Assembly: GCF_031769215.1 (NCBI RefSeq)
Contig: NW_026782013.1
Location: 310,001 to 374,000 of the forward strand
Direction: 5' to 3'
DNA length: 64,000 bases
From: Ylistrum balloti
Lineage: Eukaryota
Made by a program: the position numbers and the translations under genes. How positions within the stretch are numbered: position 1 is the first letter of the stretch; each line of letters begins with the position of its first letter. Shown here piece after piece: positions 36,871 to 50,900 of this stretch. A model generated the notes under the pieces. That model was given only the letters and a program-made list of their open reading frames with translations. It had not been told where the DNA came from and did no database searches.

Positions 36871-39800
36871 TTATGATTTGCTGCTTGTGGTGACAGCACC
36901 CATTCTTGTTGGGTCCTGTGAGGGGTAGTGTACTGGCATGGCGGAACCCATCATCACTCTTGGAGGGGGACGCATCGGCATCATTCCTGGGGGAGGGGGA
37001 GGTAACCTCACACCTGAACAGACGAAAAGACATAATTCAAAGTAAATTCATAACTTTTCTAGTAGAAATTACATTAACTAATATGATAATAGCTGAACGT
37101 AATTTTATTTAAGTCATGACAATATTATATCAAACTTGAGCAGTTTTGTGTTACAAACCTGGTGGGGGAGGTCCTCTGAACATTCCAAATGGCATCATGT
37201 GTGCACCAGGAGGAACAAGACGAGGAGGCATTCCTCTTGGAGGACCAGGTGGCATTGGAAGGTGGTTGGGGGCATTGGGTAAATTAAAGAAATTATTTGC
37301 AATTTCTTCTGGTGGTGGAGGCAAGGCTGAAAGTTGACACCAATGCAATCAGAAGTTATCAATTACACTTAAATGAATCTATTATGGCGACTTCAGCAAC
37401 ACGACAGGTGTCTATATAAACACACATATTACTCTTACTATATCAAAATTACTGAAGCAAATTGAAACATGTTTGGTACATTGCATATGAAGTTATTTCT
37501 AATCATATTTATGTAAGAAGGCTATTACTTTTCTGAAGGAAATTCCAAACCTACAAGCTACCTATTACAAAAAAGTAACGTTATAAGTAAAATAAAATAT
37601 TCTCATTTTTTTTAGAAAATCAGTTATATTTATTAGTTCTTTGTGTTAGCATCATTTTATTCTCATCCAACATAATATCAACATAACTGAAAACATGTCA
37701 GACAAATGAAGCTAAATCTGTGACCAAGTACTTACCCCCTGGAAGACCAGGTACTGGCTCAAGAGCTTTTTCTGAGTCCTCTCCATCTTTCTTTGTGATT
37801 CCTAGCTGGGCTTGAGATTTACCCCACTTAATGTTGAGACGTCTTCCACCCATAATCAGTTTATTAAAAGACTTCTCTGTGGCATTCTCAGCTGCCTGTC
37901 TTGTTGTGAACTGCACAAATGCACACTGCTGCTTACTGGCGATGTTGATTGATCTGATTTCTCCGAACTGGTAAAAGTGGTCCCTACGGACACAAGGTTT
38001 GATACAGAATTTACCACTTAAGCTTTGGTTTATTGTTATAGATGTGTAAAGGAAATACTATACATCAGTTACTGGTGTAAGAAGTAAATATGTTATGTGG
38101 TCTACTTGTAAAGCTGACATTACAGAAGATAAACATCAAGAAAAGAGTACACTGTTGACTGTTTTAAACATTTTGAAGCTCTTCTGAGATGAACAAAAAT
38201 TTTGTATAAGTAATGATAGGCAATAACTCCATTTTCACTATGTTAAACTCAAGTTGTTCACAAAATCATGTGAATTTATGCCCAAAAAATTATGTTTGAA
38301 ATGTTGATGAACAGGTTATTTGCATAACCAGAAGCGTTCGAATATCATGATACAAGGGAGACAACCATTATACACTTGTGCAAAACACAAACCTGAGTTC
38401 GGTCTCTCCTATTTTGTCCCCAAGATTTCCAACATAGAGAGTTGTGATGGATTTATCTTCTGGAGCATCTAACTTTGGCATATTACTGTAGCGGTTCATG
38501 AGTTTGTCTGCCACAGGGTCATTCATTCCGTAGAATCTGTCCTTTATGTTTTGATCTGCTAGAGGATCATCAGGATCTGTTGGTTTGTCATGTCTGCGGC
38601 ATAAGATAATTTATTCTAAAATAATAGTAATAAGATATGTTTTTAATTGGATAATTATCTCCAATATACTCAAGAATTCTGATGCTAGCCCAATAATGGC
38701 AGCCATCTTTCTGGTTGAGATAGATAGTTGGAGAACTTTATTATAACAATTCTACATCATGTACATGTATTCTACATCATCAATGCTTGAAAGGAGGGTT
38801 TTAATTGGCTAAGAACATGTAAAAGACTGTTTCACACGAAATTGTGCAGTTTTCAGTTTTTTGTTGACTTTTGTTGATATTGAGATAATTACATCACTTT
38901 TTAGCTCAAGTAAGTTTAGAATGGGGATAGTATGTTTGTTTTTATGCATATACAGGAGATTAGATCGTGAATTTTGTGGTCAAGTGTTTAAACAACAAAA
39001 TTCCAGTATATGCATAAAGACAAACATACAATTCCCTAATTGATATCATCCATTTGTCTTAATTGTTCAGGCTCTAGTTTCACAAATCTTCCTTAACTTA
39101 AGGAAGTTTCCTTAACTAACTTTTGTAATACTTTCTTACATGAAATTTTAACCTAAGGAAAATTCTTTAAGTTAAGGAAGATTTGTGAAACAGGGGCCAG
39201 ATCAACCTAGAGAATAATATAACTTCATTTCTACAATAAATAATAACAACTGGTAAGTTCATTGTGCCTGTCATATGTTAAGCATATGCTCTTGGATGAA
39301 TCGGTCCCTGGCTAAGAATTTCAGAAACTCATGTATCATATGTAGTCCTGATGTTATATTTTGAGATACAGTGAGTAGACCTTTGCAGCAGCACCAATTG
39401 TTCTATCTACAGAGGTATTTATAGCATGTTGTATTGGGTTTTTATTACTCCCATCATTCACAGTAGATGTTCACAGGAACACACATTGTTCTGCCTAATA
39501 AGTATTAGGTTAAGTATCAGGAATGATAAAACACTTAAAAGTTATACGATCATACCTGTAGGGACACTCCTCTCCTCTCTTACACTCCCCCTTCACCCAG
39601 AAGGAGCAGATATGAGGTCTATTTCGTTTGTAGTAGGGTGTTGTACGGGCCAGTTTCAGAAGCATGTCACTTGGAGTCTGAGCTTTACCCAACTGTCCAG
39701 GTGCAACAGTACCATCACCATTTGCGATCTGAAAATGACAATTATCAACTGCAGTTTAGTATTTTTCCGTGCATTTTTCAAAGTGAATTTTTTTACTATT

Positions 39801-42800
39801 TACATCAATTATATCGCAACTCATTTAACAAGTTCTAATAATATAATAAATTGTTCTAAAAATTACTGGAATAAAATGTTAACACACACAGTTGCAAACA
39901 TCTACATTACCACTGCAATACTATTCAGACATGAATTTTATAGTTTTATGATGTTTGAAACAAAATATGCATTCACAGAGCCATTTCGTTGAATCTTTTA
40001 AAAAAAAAACAGACAGCACAGATCAGTAGGGAAGCAGATCTCCAAAAACGTTTTGCATATGTAGGATTAGAGGTCCAGTCATGCCTGGCAGAATCTAATG
40101 GCAGAAAACCAATAGTCTGCAAAATTATATAAAACAATGTCATGTATATACACATCTGAGAAAAGTTTATGAAATTTTGTGAAAGAGAAAGCAAAAAAAA
40201 AAAAAACCCTTATCCTTGGTTTTTCTGAATTTCAGCTCAAACACTCTTAAATTGTAAATTTCAAGCTGCAAGTTGACCAAAATATAGTTAAGTTTATTGT
40301 AAACTATGTCTCTGCAGATTCTGTTTTGTCTTGGCGATTTTCAATGGATAAGGAAAAAGTGTCCTATATGTCCTTTAATGTACATGTATATTGTAATAAA
40401 TTGGTATAGTGTCTTCCTTATCATGTATATAATATATTTGGGTGAAGGCATATAGAGGGTAATGGGGAATGATTTGTTGTATACTTCAGCTTTAACTGAC
40501 ACCGGGAGGGGGACCATGCTGATAGTCGACAGACTGACACGGCTAATGGCTTAGCCGAGAGCTTGACCTTAGGTCAATTGGACTATCAAGGCTTCAGAGG
40601 AGTTCCTCTCCAGAGAACAGATGTGTGTGTGACTGTCTCGCTGGATATTTCGTTGAGGTCTATTACCTCAGGGTTTCTTGTGTGTTGATCTGGGCTAATA
40701 TAGTATGTGTTGTATAAAGTGTAAATAAACTTGTAAATAGAATTTTTGCTGTTGTGATGTATTTCCACTGACTCTGTAGATATATATCCACCCAGTCATG
40801 TTACAATATCTATACTAATCCTGGTCACAAATGTTAACTGTACAAACCTCATTCTCCATGTTTTGTGTGTAATACTCTTTGTTTACATCAGACTTCGGCA
40901 TGTTGTCTTGGATCTTCAATGCTGCATCTCTCACCTGCACAGGTAAGCCTATGGACAAAATCAAGTGTTTATAAGATCTCTCATTAGTACAAGTAGGACT
41001 ATTGTTAGTCAAGTGTTTACAAGATCTCTCATTAGTACAAGTAGGACTATTGTTAGTCAAGTGTTTACAAGATCTCTCATTAGTACAAGTAGGACTATTG
41101 TTAGTCAAGTGTTTACAAGATCTCTCATTAGTACAAGTAGGACTATTGTTAGTCAAGTGTTTACAAGATCTCTCATTAGTACAAGTAGGACTATTGTTAG
41201 TCAAGTGTTTACAAGATCTCTCATTAGTACAAGTAGGACTATCGTTAGTCAAGTGTTTACAAGATCTCTCATTAGTACAAGTAGGACTATTGTTAGTCAA
41301 GTGTTTACAAGATCTCTCATTAGTACAAGTAGGACTATTGTTAGTCAAGTGTTTACAAGATCTCTCATTAGTACAAGTAGGACTATTGTTAGTCAAGTGT
41401 TTACAAGATCTCTCATCAGTATATGTTAGACTCTGACTAGTCAAGTGTTTACAAGATCTCTCATCAGTATATGTTAGACTCTGACTAGTCAAGTGTTTAC
41501 AAAATCTCTCATCAGTATATGTTAGACTCTGACTAGTCAAGTGTTTACAAGATCTCTCATCCGTACATGTAAGACTATAATGGAGTCACTGAATTACAAG
41601 ACCTCCCAATGGTTAAATTTTAGACTGATAAAGTATTTACAAAATTTCTCATTGGTACACATAAAAGTATTGCCAGTTAAAAGATTACTGGCTATAGTCA
41701 ATCAAACAATTACAAGACCTTTCATCAGTACAAGTAATAAGAATTAAGTCATTCATATGAAATGGTGAATATTTTCATTATCTCAGTTGAACAGAGAAAA
41801 ATCAAAATGCAGTTGAATGATTCATTTAAAATTTTAGCGATTCTTGTTGAAAATATATCAATTTCATGAAAATGTACACAAATGCCCCCTCCCCCAAAAG
41901 ATGTCATGAACAGTTTTATTACCATACTCAAGATCTAAGAGGCAAGTCTGACACACATTCTTTATCTTTGAACATGTTTGGCACACTTCAGTCTTTTTGA
42001 ACCTCATACGTGCACCAGGACACCATCTGAACACTGTAAAAGGACGTGCACAAATCTTGCATTCCTTCCCATATTTCTCCTTCATCTGAAAATACAAAAG
42101 CAAACAGGTGTAAGGAAACCTAATTGATGCAAATTCTGCCATTCTACACATATAAGACTCATGAAATTTAATACCATATATGTATACATGTATTTGTAAA
42201 AAATATCTACAATGTTTCCTCTAATTTTAACATCTGAATTCAAATCTGGCACATGATGTACAATGTAATTATGTATAAATATTTTTTGAACTCTCAAGTT
42301 ATAAGTAAAGATTGTCATTGATGTTACATGAATGTATGGCTCAACTCTATAACTCTATCAGGACACAGTGGCACTTCTCAGTTTTTATCCATGTACAATA
42401 ACACTACAATGTCAGCACTTATTGAAACTAAATGACCAGTACCTTTGATTTACATAATAAGTTTGATTCATGATTTACATACTAAAATAGTCTTGAAATG
42501 AAAATGTCTATCTTTTCTAGACACAGCTCAGTTACCTGGTCAGCTCTTGAACACTAAACTTATCTTTTGTTGTTTTAATCTTTCTAAGAAATACTTGTCA
42601 ATGACTAAAAATATTGTTGGGTAAAATTAAGGAGACATGTAATGACTTTTTCCAATCCTATTAAATTTATAGAATTACTTGTCAATGACTTAAAATACTG
42701 TTTGGTAACATTAGAAGAAACATTTCAGGACTATTTCCAACACTGTTATAATTACATGCAAATGTTGTTATGTTTTTGCAAGGTCAAATAGTACTGGTGT

Positions 42801-45800
42801 AATGGTGGATATTGACATCGTCAAACTCAATGCTCCAACATCCCCTAAAAATATTCAGCCTTTATATTTTTGTTGTGGTGACAGTCCTTTTACACCTCAA
42901 CACACAAATAACAATTTTCTGGATTAATAGTGTTGTAAAAACAAACAAAATAAATTAAGTTATTTTTTGCATTGGCATGTACCCAAAATCACAGATGCAT
43001 TTCTTTGGAGCAAAACGTGGATTGACATTTCATCCCTACAAACTCGTAATTAAACACACACACACATTAAGAGACCATGCGGAACCTAAACATCACAAAT
43101 CAAGCTTCAGAAAATATCCTTCCAACAGTCAAGAAATAGTGACAATACACTTCAAATGTCAAATTCCATGATGGCTTCCTGTCAGCCATATTCAGCCTCA
43201 AAATTTACTAGACACAACTAGTGATCAAGGATTATTCTCTTTGTACTTCTAAAGAAATGGTTATAGCAAACTTCAACTGTCAAAATCCAAGATGGATGGG
43301 CACAACAAGCTATAGCAACTTACATGTACATCTTTAAGTTTCAGAAATATCAATACACTACTTCAAGATATTATGATAACAAGAATTGTTACCTGACAAA
43401 ATTTCTTAGATGTCAATAGTTAGCTGATATCTGCAAATTTTGGCAACTAATAACTCACTGTTAACTGCTTGTGCATTATAAAAATTGGGGTAAAACTTAA
43501 ATGGAGCATTGTACCAGTGCCATTTAAGCTACATTCAAAAGTGCTTAGAGTAAGGGGTTTGACTTCTGAACTTGAAAGTAAACATGGATGAGTCCATGAA
43601 GATAAAGGTTTCAAAAGTTCAGACCCAGCATATAATTTTCTTTGTTGACTGACTCACAGGATAGCTAAAGTTCATTTTATTATTAAAAACTACAACCAAA
43701 TCATTTTCAACTTTTTCTATCATTACACGGAAAATGGAAGGTGAACCACATACTTGAATAACGTACTATCTGATGGGCTTAAAAGTGTTTGTCAGGTTGA
43801 TTTTATTCAATGTATGCAGATTCTGTTCTGGTGTTGCAAACTTACCATGCGTATGTAAGGATTGTCTCCGAGACATGTCTGGCATAAAATCGGAAAATCC
43901 TAAAACATGAATAAGAAATTCAATATATATAATGTTCAATGTATACAAATAAATTGAATTCAAAAGATAAAGCATTTCCACAAAAATATATACTTGGGTG
44001 GTATGCATGGGTTTATTAATTTTGTCAAGGCAGTTTTCTGATATATAGGCATTCTTATGACCATAAGGTTACGTGAGTCTATCAAAAAAGCATTGAGAGG
44101 CAACAAGCGTCATGAAAATTTCTTTTAAGATACATAATGAAGTTAGCGACATCAAACATGTTATTGCCAGGACCATAATACACCTATGTAACAAGTTTCA
44201 TTTTGTATTTGTGAAATAGGTTTCGTTAAATTTTCTTTGGTCATAAGTACATGTGTGTATCATTCTCTAGCAACACCCTCAAGCTACAGTGAACGAACTT
44301 GGCACTCGCCCACTCGCCAAGGGGGAGTGATATCATTATTGGGCGAGTAAAATCATAAATTGACTTGTCCGGTTTGGTGAGTACGACAAAATTCCTCTCT
44401 CCAAAATAACGTGTTTAATTTCTTTGACCAATACGCTGAAGTAAGTTTGTAATATATCCGAGTTTACAGTAACTTAATCGTACAGTAGTAATGTGTCCCG
44501 TAGTAAGTACACGTAACAGTTTTCTGGCTAAATCGCTGTGAAATATGTCACCACTTGTTGATGGGTTGTGCTACTGACAAATACAACCGTGTTCCGATTG
44601 GCGGATACACTGTAATGGGACGCTAATCACTAGCAGTGTTACATCCAGCGTGTTTTCGGTTCATCAATTCAACATGTCCCTATTACGGTATGGCTTCACC
44701 GGCGCAAAAGCACCAGTTGTGACGCCGATTGGGAATAACAATAATACCAAACTGAAAGAATATGAGAAAAACAGAAAAAGAATATTCAATTCAAAATGGA
44801 AGGTTGGCCATGCTTGGTTAGAAGATTAGGAAGACGGTACAGGTATGTACTGTAAATGGTGCAGAGACAATCGTGAACTGTTGAAGTCTCGTGGATTGAT
44901 AAAACGCAACACCACTTTTATTGATGGGTGCTCATCTTACAAGTTGGAATCGATTACATACTTCTGTCACCAACTTCAGTAAATAAAATTAACCAGATGT
45001 TAACATGTCTCAATTCTTTATTGTTAACCCTAATGAAAATGAATCAATGTAGCCATTAATAATTTGGGCGAGTAGAAATTTGTTTTGGGCGAGTTGATTT
45101 CTATAGGCACTCGCTCGGTTCGGCGAATAAAAAAATTGTTAAGTTCCAACACTGAAGCTATATATATTAAAATACTAAATAAAGTTAATGACATGTAAAG
45201 ATATCTTCTTAATATGATCATAATACATTAGTGTATCAAGTTTCAGGTTCATAAAAAGATATATGAAAATGGGGATATATATATGATAAGGAATTCTGAC
45301 AAGCCTCCAATATAAATGAGTCCAAAGGAGGAATCCCTAAAAGTGATAAAGTTAAAATTCATGATCATCTGTGACATTTGCACTTAATTCTCACTCTGGC
45401 TGCACACTATAGTAAATGGAGAACAAAGTCAGATATATAAAATGTCATTTTAGCACAATGTTATGCTACAGAGGTGAACATTTTTTATGCAGTTATACAA
45501 AATCATAGTCACTTAAGCTAGGGGTGAGTCATGTTTGAAACATGACGCCCATTTGGTTACAAAGTTTTAAAATAACTATAAATGTTTCTATTTCAAAATG
45601 ACTCTGCATTTTGAGTAATTAACTACTCAAAGCAGTACTGTACCTGTCCCTCAAATGCAGGACTTTTTTATTATTATTATTATTTGCGGGGTTGTGCCCA
45701 GGCAGATTATGGAAATATTGAAAACATATCTTTTGATGTCGCTACATTTAAAGAGTATATTAAAAATATTTTCTGACGAAGACTCACGTGTTGGCGCTTT

Positions 45801-46053
45801 TTCGATAGACCAGGTCACACAATATAGCCAATTTCTCTTAACCACGTTTATGAAAATTTGAGCATTTCAAACATACACGATGTTGAGACAATGCTGTCTC
45901 TAACATATTAACTGTTATCCAAACTAGTATTCATATGAAAGGACAAAAAACGCTTCTAAAAATAAATGATACGAGGAAAACAAAAATACACAAACTTACA
46001 GACTCTTCCCAATTCTGTCGATTGTACGTATTCGCTCCTTTAGAAGCCGCCAT
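36871..46053 (-). CDS. RBM22: Pre-mRNA-splicing factor RBM22 (Cwc2/Ecm2 family)
   Basis: Nine phase-consistent exons: 46053-46000 ([18 protein letters not shown]), 43899-43846 ([18 protein letters not shown]), 42085-41923, 40948-40848, 39728-39556 (CCCH: [23 protein letters not shown]), 38593-38393, 37983-37736 (RRM), 37326-37159 and 37013-36871 ([11 protein letters not shown]...TAA). Confidence 0.97.
39071..39197. mobile_element. PIF/Harbinger-like MITE, about 127 bp
   Basis: TIR GCTCTAGTTTCACAAATCTTCCTTAACTTAA versus the reverse complement of the right end, GCCCCTGTTTCACAAATCTTCCTTAACTTAA. Flanked by a 3-bp CAG duplication (39068-39070 and 39198-39200). Confidence 0.65.
40963..41535. repeat. 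48-bp minisatellite at the 3' end of RBM22 intron 3
   Basis: Unit AAGTGTTTACAAGATCTCTCATTAGTACAAGTAGGACTATTGTTAGTC, about 9 copies, plus 3 copies of a diverged variant further from the exon. Confidence 0.95.
44287..45154 (+). mobile_element. Internally deleted hAT-type DNA transposon (TTF zinc-finger N-terminus only) in RBM22 intron 1
   Basis: Imperfect TIRs CAGTGAACGAACTTGGCA and CAGTGTTGGAACTTAACA; AAGCTA duplicated on both sides; subterminal GGCGAGT repeats. ORF from 44674 reads MSLLRYGF...[27 protein letters not shown]...[13 protein letters not shown], with an in-frame TAG. Confidence 0.75.
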
Positions 46054-47925
46054 CTTTGTAGTCAGTGTTTGGGTGATCTATAATTTCAAAGCGGAACGAA
46101 AAATATCATCTTTTTATTTTTTTTGTAAGTGTCAAATACATAATAATAACCATTTGGTAACAAGTTCTTTAAAATCAAATGACAAAATTTAAAGTACGAA
46201 CTTTTTTTTTATAATGTACATTTCATAATGCGTTTCGAAAGTTTATTTTCACGTTGTTTCGTAAATTAATATTTTCGTCTAAGCCATTGCCGTGTTTGTC
46301 CTTTAAGAACATATCCAAGCATCTAGGTGATTCTGGTTTGTTTTGATGAATCTTGGCCATCATCATCATACGTATTCGTGGATTTCGAACAGTTTATACA
46401 TATATTTAGATGGCGTTTCCCCTACATGTATAAGAAACATATTGTCGAAAATAAGTCAATGATATGATAATGTCCAAACGACTGATTATCTCCGGAAAAT
46501 TTGTGTAGTGGTAAGTCACGGGTAACAAATGTTTCAGAACCCAGATGTATTGTTATCGTCTCGACCTCGGTTCCGAAACGTTATGTATTTCGGATCGGTC
46601 ATTTCTTCAAGCTGTATTGTTTCTACCAAATAATAATCATTTTCAACTGGTTGAAGGTTTTGTCATTATGGTTGATTGTGGAAAGACACGGAGAGAAACA
46701 GAATTAATTATGGAAGGAGGAGATTTGAAGGAAGATAATGCGCCACGGATACTTTCCACGGAAGTTGGTTCACCAACTTTTTTTGTGAAATATTGATAAA
46801 AATATATGAATACACAGAATACCTAAATTATTTCAGAAGTACCAAAATGACTTTATAAAGAGTAGACAAATATCTTCCTTAAAACTAGAAATTGAGAGTA
46901 GGCTAGAAGGCACTTTTACTAGCCTCGGTTAGTGATAATTTCTCATTACTCAAGGGATTGAGTGGCCAGCCAGAGATCGAAGGGTTATTCAATCGAACAC
47001 AAGCAGCGACAGGGTATGTTTTTGATGTGTTTGACCAATCCTAAGGTAGAAGCTAAAGGAGTCGTTCATTTTAAAAATTTACTGAAACAGTTTGATTTTT
47101 AAGTACAAAAGGTATATACATCTTCATAAGCATCTGCACTAATGTTTAAAGGCACTGCTAAGTATTTTGATTTGCAACTCACACATTATTAGATAGCAGA
47201 TACTTTCCACTGGTAGAAACGTCTATGGACAAACAATCAGTTTGGACATTGTAGTGTTTCAGGGATCCAAGGACAAACAATCAATTTGGACACTAGTGTT
47301 TCAGGGATCCAAGGTCAAGGCCATAGTCAGTGATGCTGGATGTTTAGAAAATATTGCTTAGTTCAATTTAAACACTAAGCAACTCAATTCTTGCATAGAT
47401 TTTGGTCCATATTTATACAAGGATAAAGTAATGAGTATACTTTGGACATAGTCGTTTATCAAATTCCACTTTATGCTTTCATGGAATTTGATAAATCTTT
47501 ATGCAAAGAACAAGTATAAGTGTACTTTTGACATTGTTGTGTTTCAGCAGTAAAGGTCAAGACTTCGAGGGCAAGGCCATTTTTGTCTTCATTTTCAAGT
47601 TATATTTATATGAAATAGAAAAGTAATTGTCCTGACAATATTACGTTGTGTTTTTCAGCTATGTTTAACAGACTGGAAATAAGATGATACAAAATGATAT
47701 TCACAAACATCAGTTCCATTGATTTCTGATAAATCCAGCATGTTACTAAGTTACTTCTAACATGTACTTTACTGAGACTATGATTCCACACGTATGTAAA
47801 TAGGTATGTAACTAATAGAAATATGTATGTAAATGTATGCTGCTGCAGCCTTTTCATGTGATCACAGAAGATGGAACCCTGCAGAAATACATTGAATTGG
47901 GTTGGCTGAATCATAAACAAGTACA

Positions 47926-50900
47926 ATGTCATCCAAGGGAATCTTCTCCATAAGTTTTAACCAGGATCATGGTAAGCATGTCACAGAAGGAAAGCACCAT
48001 TTACATATCATGATGCACATTTAAATCTTAAAATTTTCCAAAATCTATGTCTTATCAAATCGTTTATGATATTGGTCTAGTGATCATTACAGGAAAGAAA
48101 AGGGATCATGGGATGTATTTAGATATCTAAGTTGGTTAGAGCAGTTATCTTGAATCAAAGATATATGATTTGATTCTCAGTCTGATTCTATCTGTTCACT
48201 CTCCTCTAACAATATATATGGTATATAAATTCTTTGAAATGTTTCATCAGACAAAAGACCAATACATCAAACATTTAAGATGTTTCAAATCATACATTTG
48301 AAAAATATGTGGCAGCTTTATGCAAATCATACTTTTGAATTGGTGTCAGGTCAAGGCAGCTTTCTGTTAAAGTGGTACAATGTATCATAAAAGAAGCCAT
48401 GTAGATATGCTTGTGGTGGGCTTTACTGAATCAAAATGACCTATTGATCCTCACACATATGGCCTCATAGCAAAAGAGTAACTTTAATGGTCAATGTTAT
48501 AAATTTCACCACATTTTCTATAATAGTAAAATGAGGTTATAATTCACATATATTGCACATGTATAATTGCATATTATTATATGTATATTAATTTATTAGG
48601 AAATAACAATTGTCATCAATGGCTTTGGTGTACATGCCTGAACCAGGTGTAAATTAATCATGATCCTAATCAATTTCAGGTTGTTTCATATGTGCGACAG
48701 ATTCAGGTCTTCGGATCTATAACGTCGAGCCTTTGACACAGAAGTTATATCTCAGTGAGTATGACATCGAAGTATTAATGTTAAGTATTGGTTATTGCTT
48801 AATACACATTAATGATCATTCCAGAAACTTCCTAGTATTTTTACCTTTTCAGAGCATGAGGCTCTTAACTAGCTATATAAGTTTTGATTTAAAACTGAAG
48901 CAGTCCTAAACAATGTAAAGATCAGAAAGAATAGAGACAGATTGTATTGTTCTAGAGATTGGATGACATGATGCCTGTACAGTTTCATCAATAATACTCA
49001 AACATGTACATTTATTTTTTTTAATGGAATTTATATGTATTCTCTCTGTTATGGATCACACATCATGTAGATGTATATTTACAATGACCTATTCCCTTTA
49101 CCACATACAATTACATGTAAAAAGCAAAGAACTAATACTTCCAGGTACATATGATACTTTATACTAGATGATAAGGTTAAACAACAAGGAATAACAAGTT
49201 TTATTCATGGAAAATGTACATATAGGTACTGCTATCAGTAGGATCCAGACCAACAAGAGTGATGTATATGGTTGGCTGCTATCAAATGCATTGAAATACA
49301 TTGAAGTTTCCATTCATGACACAGTGATGTGAATTTTATTAATTTCAGATGAAGCTGTTGATATATATTGTATGTAAATATGCTTATGCTGTTTTAAATT
49401 CAATGTCTTGCCGTTAAGATTAAAGACTAAATCATTTATAATACCCAATGTCTTTTTATAGACTTCAACCCAAGACTCTCTTGATTTACCAATTATGATA
49501 ATTAATATTGCAAGTATTGACAAGTCATTAATAATATACATAAAAACCTGACTGTACACCACATGTTATCTGACACAGAAGAGTAGACAATTCAAGAGGA
49601 AGTTATTAAAGAAATCTTACTGTACATAAACCATTATCTGACAGAAAGCAGTTGACATGTAAGAGTGACTACATTTAACAAGTCTTACTGTGCACCAAAC
49701 ATTTTCTGACACAGACCATGACACAGTGGGAAGCCTGGCATGTGCTGAGATGTTGTTCCGTACAAACCTACTGGCTCTTGTTGGAGGTGGCAGCTTTCCC
49801 CGCTTTGATGAAAAAGCAGGTAATGATCTTATGTCAGTTTTACATGGTTCACAATGTTTGAGATGTTCTTGTTGTCAGCAGTCACTAATATAATGATTTT
49901 AATTCAAAGGGTCAAATACAGGTTGATTATATGATCAATGCTGGTAGAGTGTGGGGCAAGTCAAGGTTGTTTTCAGTGACCTGTCATCATCCAGCATTCA
50001 TCTCTGATTACATTAATCTACTGAATGCCAAGACACCTGGAGAATAGATTAGGGGTGGAAGGTGGCCTCTGGGTTACAGGTTCAAGGTAGTTGCGAGGTA
50101 TTGGCCGCAGGTCAGTGGTTTTTCATTACCACCTAACCTGGCACATCCTTAAATAATACACCTGTTAATAGTACATACAGCAAATATAAACAAACAAAAT
50201 AATAAACACCTCAAGTTTTATATCCAGTTTTGAGGTATTAATGTTTGGGATCACCTGTCTGGCCACATGCTTTCTCAGAAAAATACCATTTCTATTTATA
50301 AATATATATTTCACTAGATAAATCAGGTGAAGTTCTAGTGTATACAGAAAAAAGTTTATACACAAAAAGAGCTTAAAAGGTTTTCCATGGTAACAATGTG
50401 ATATGGATATCAATGATATCACTGACCTTATCAACAAGAAAGAGAACTCATTATACAAGGAAGTAAAATATAATATTTCAGAGTGTAACAAAAATACATT
50501 AATCAAAATTGTTGTGTTCAGAGTTAAAAGAATCTTAAAGAATCAACCAATCAAGGTAGTTTTGTTTAGTAAAATTTTTCCTGCTTGATCAACAGTACTG
50601 ATTTGGGATGACTCCCAGAAGGATCCAGCTAAAAAGGTTGTTCTGGAAATAACATTTGCACAGCCAGTAGTGGCAGTCAAAATGAAAAGGGAAAGGTATG
50701 ATTAAGATTGTATGAATATAAAAAAGTTTATTATTAATATTTTTCATACCTTCTTGCTTCAGTTAATGGAAATTTTAGGTTTTATCACTGAAAACTACTT
50801 TGATATCATACTTTAATATTAGTGTACTAAATATTTAAGTGTGTAAATTTAATGTGTTAATGTATGATAGTGTGTAAAGTTGTTGTTATATGTCTAATTT

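Noticed and set aside
40965-41436. Plus-strand repeat ORFs ([32 protein letters not shown])
   Set aside because: They are antisense translations of the intronic 48-bp repeat.
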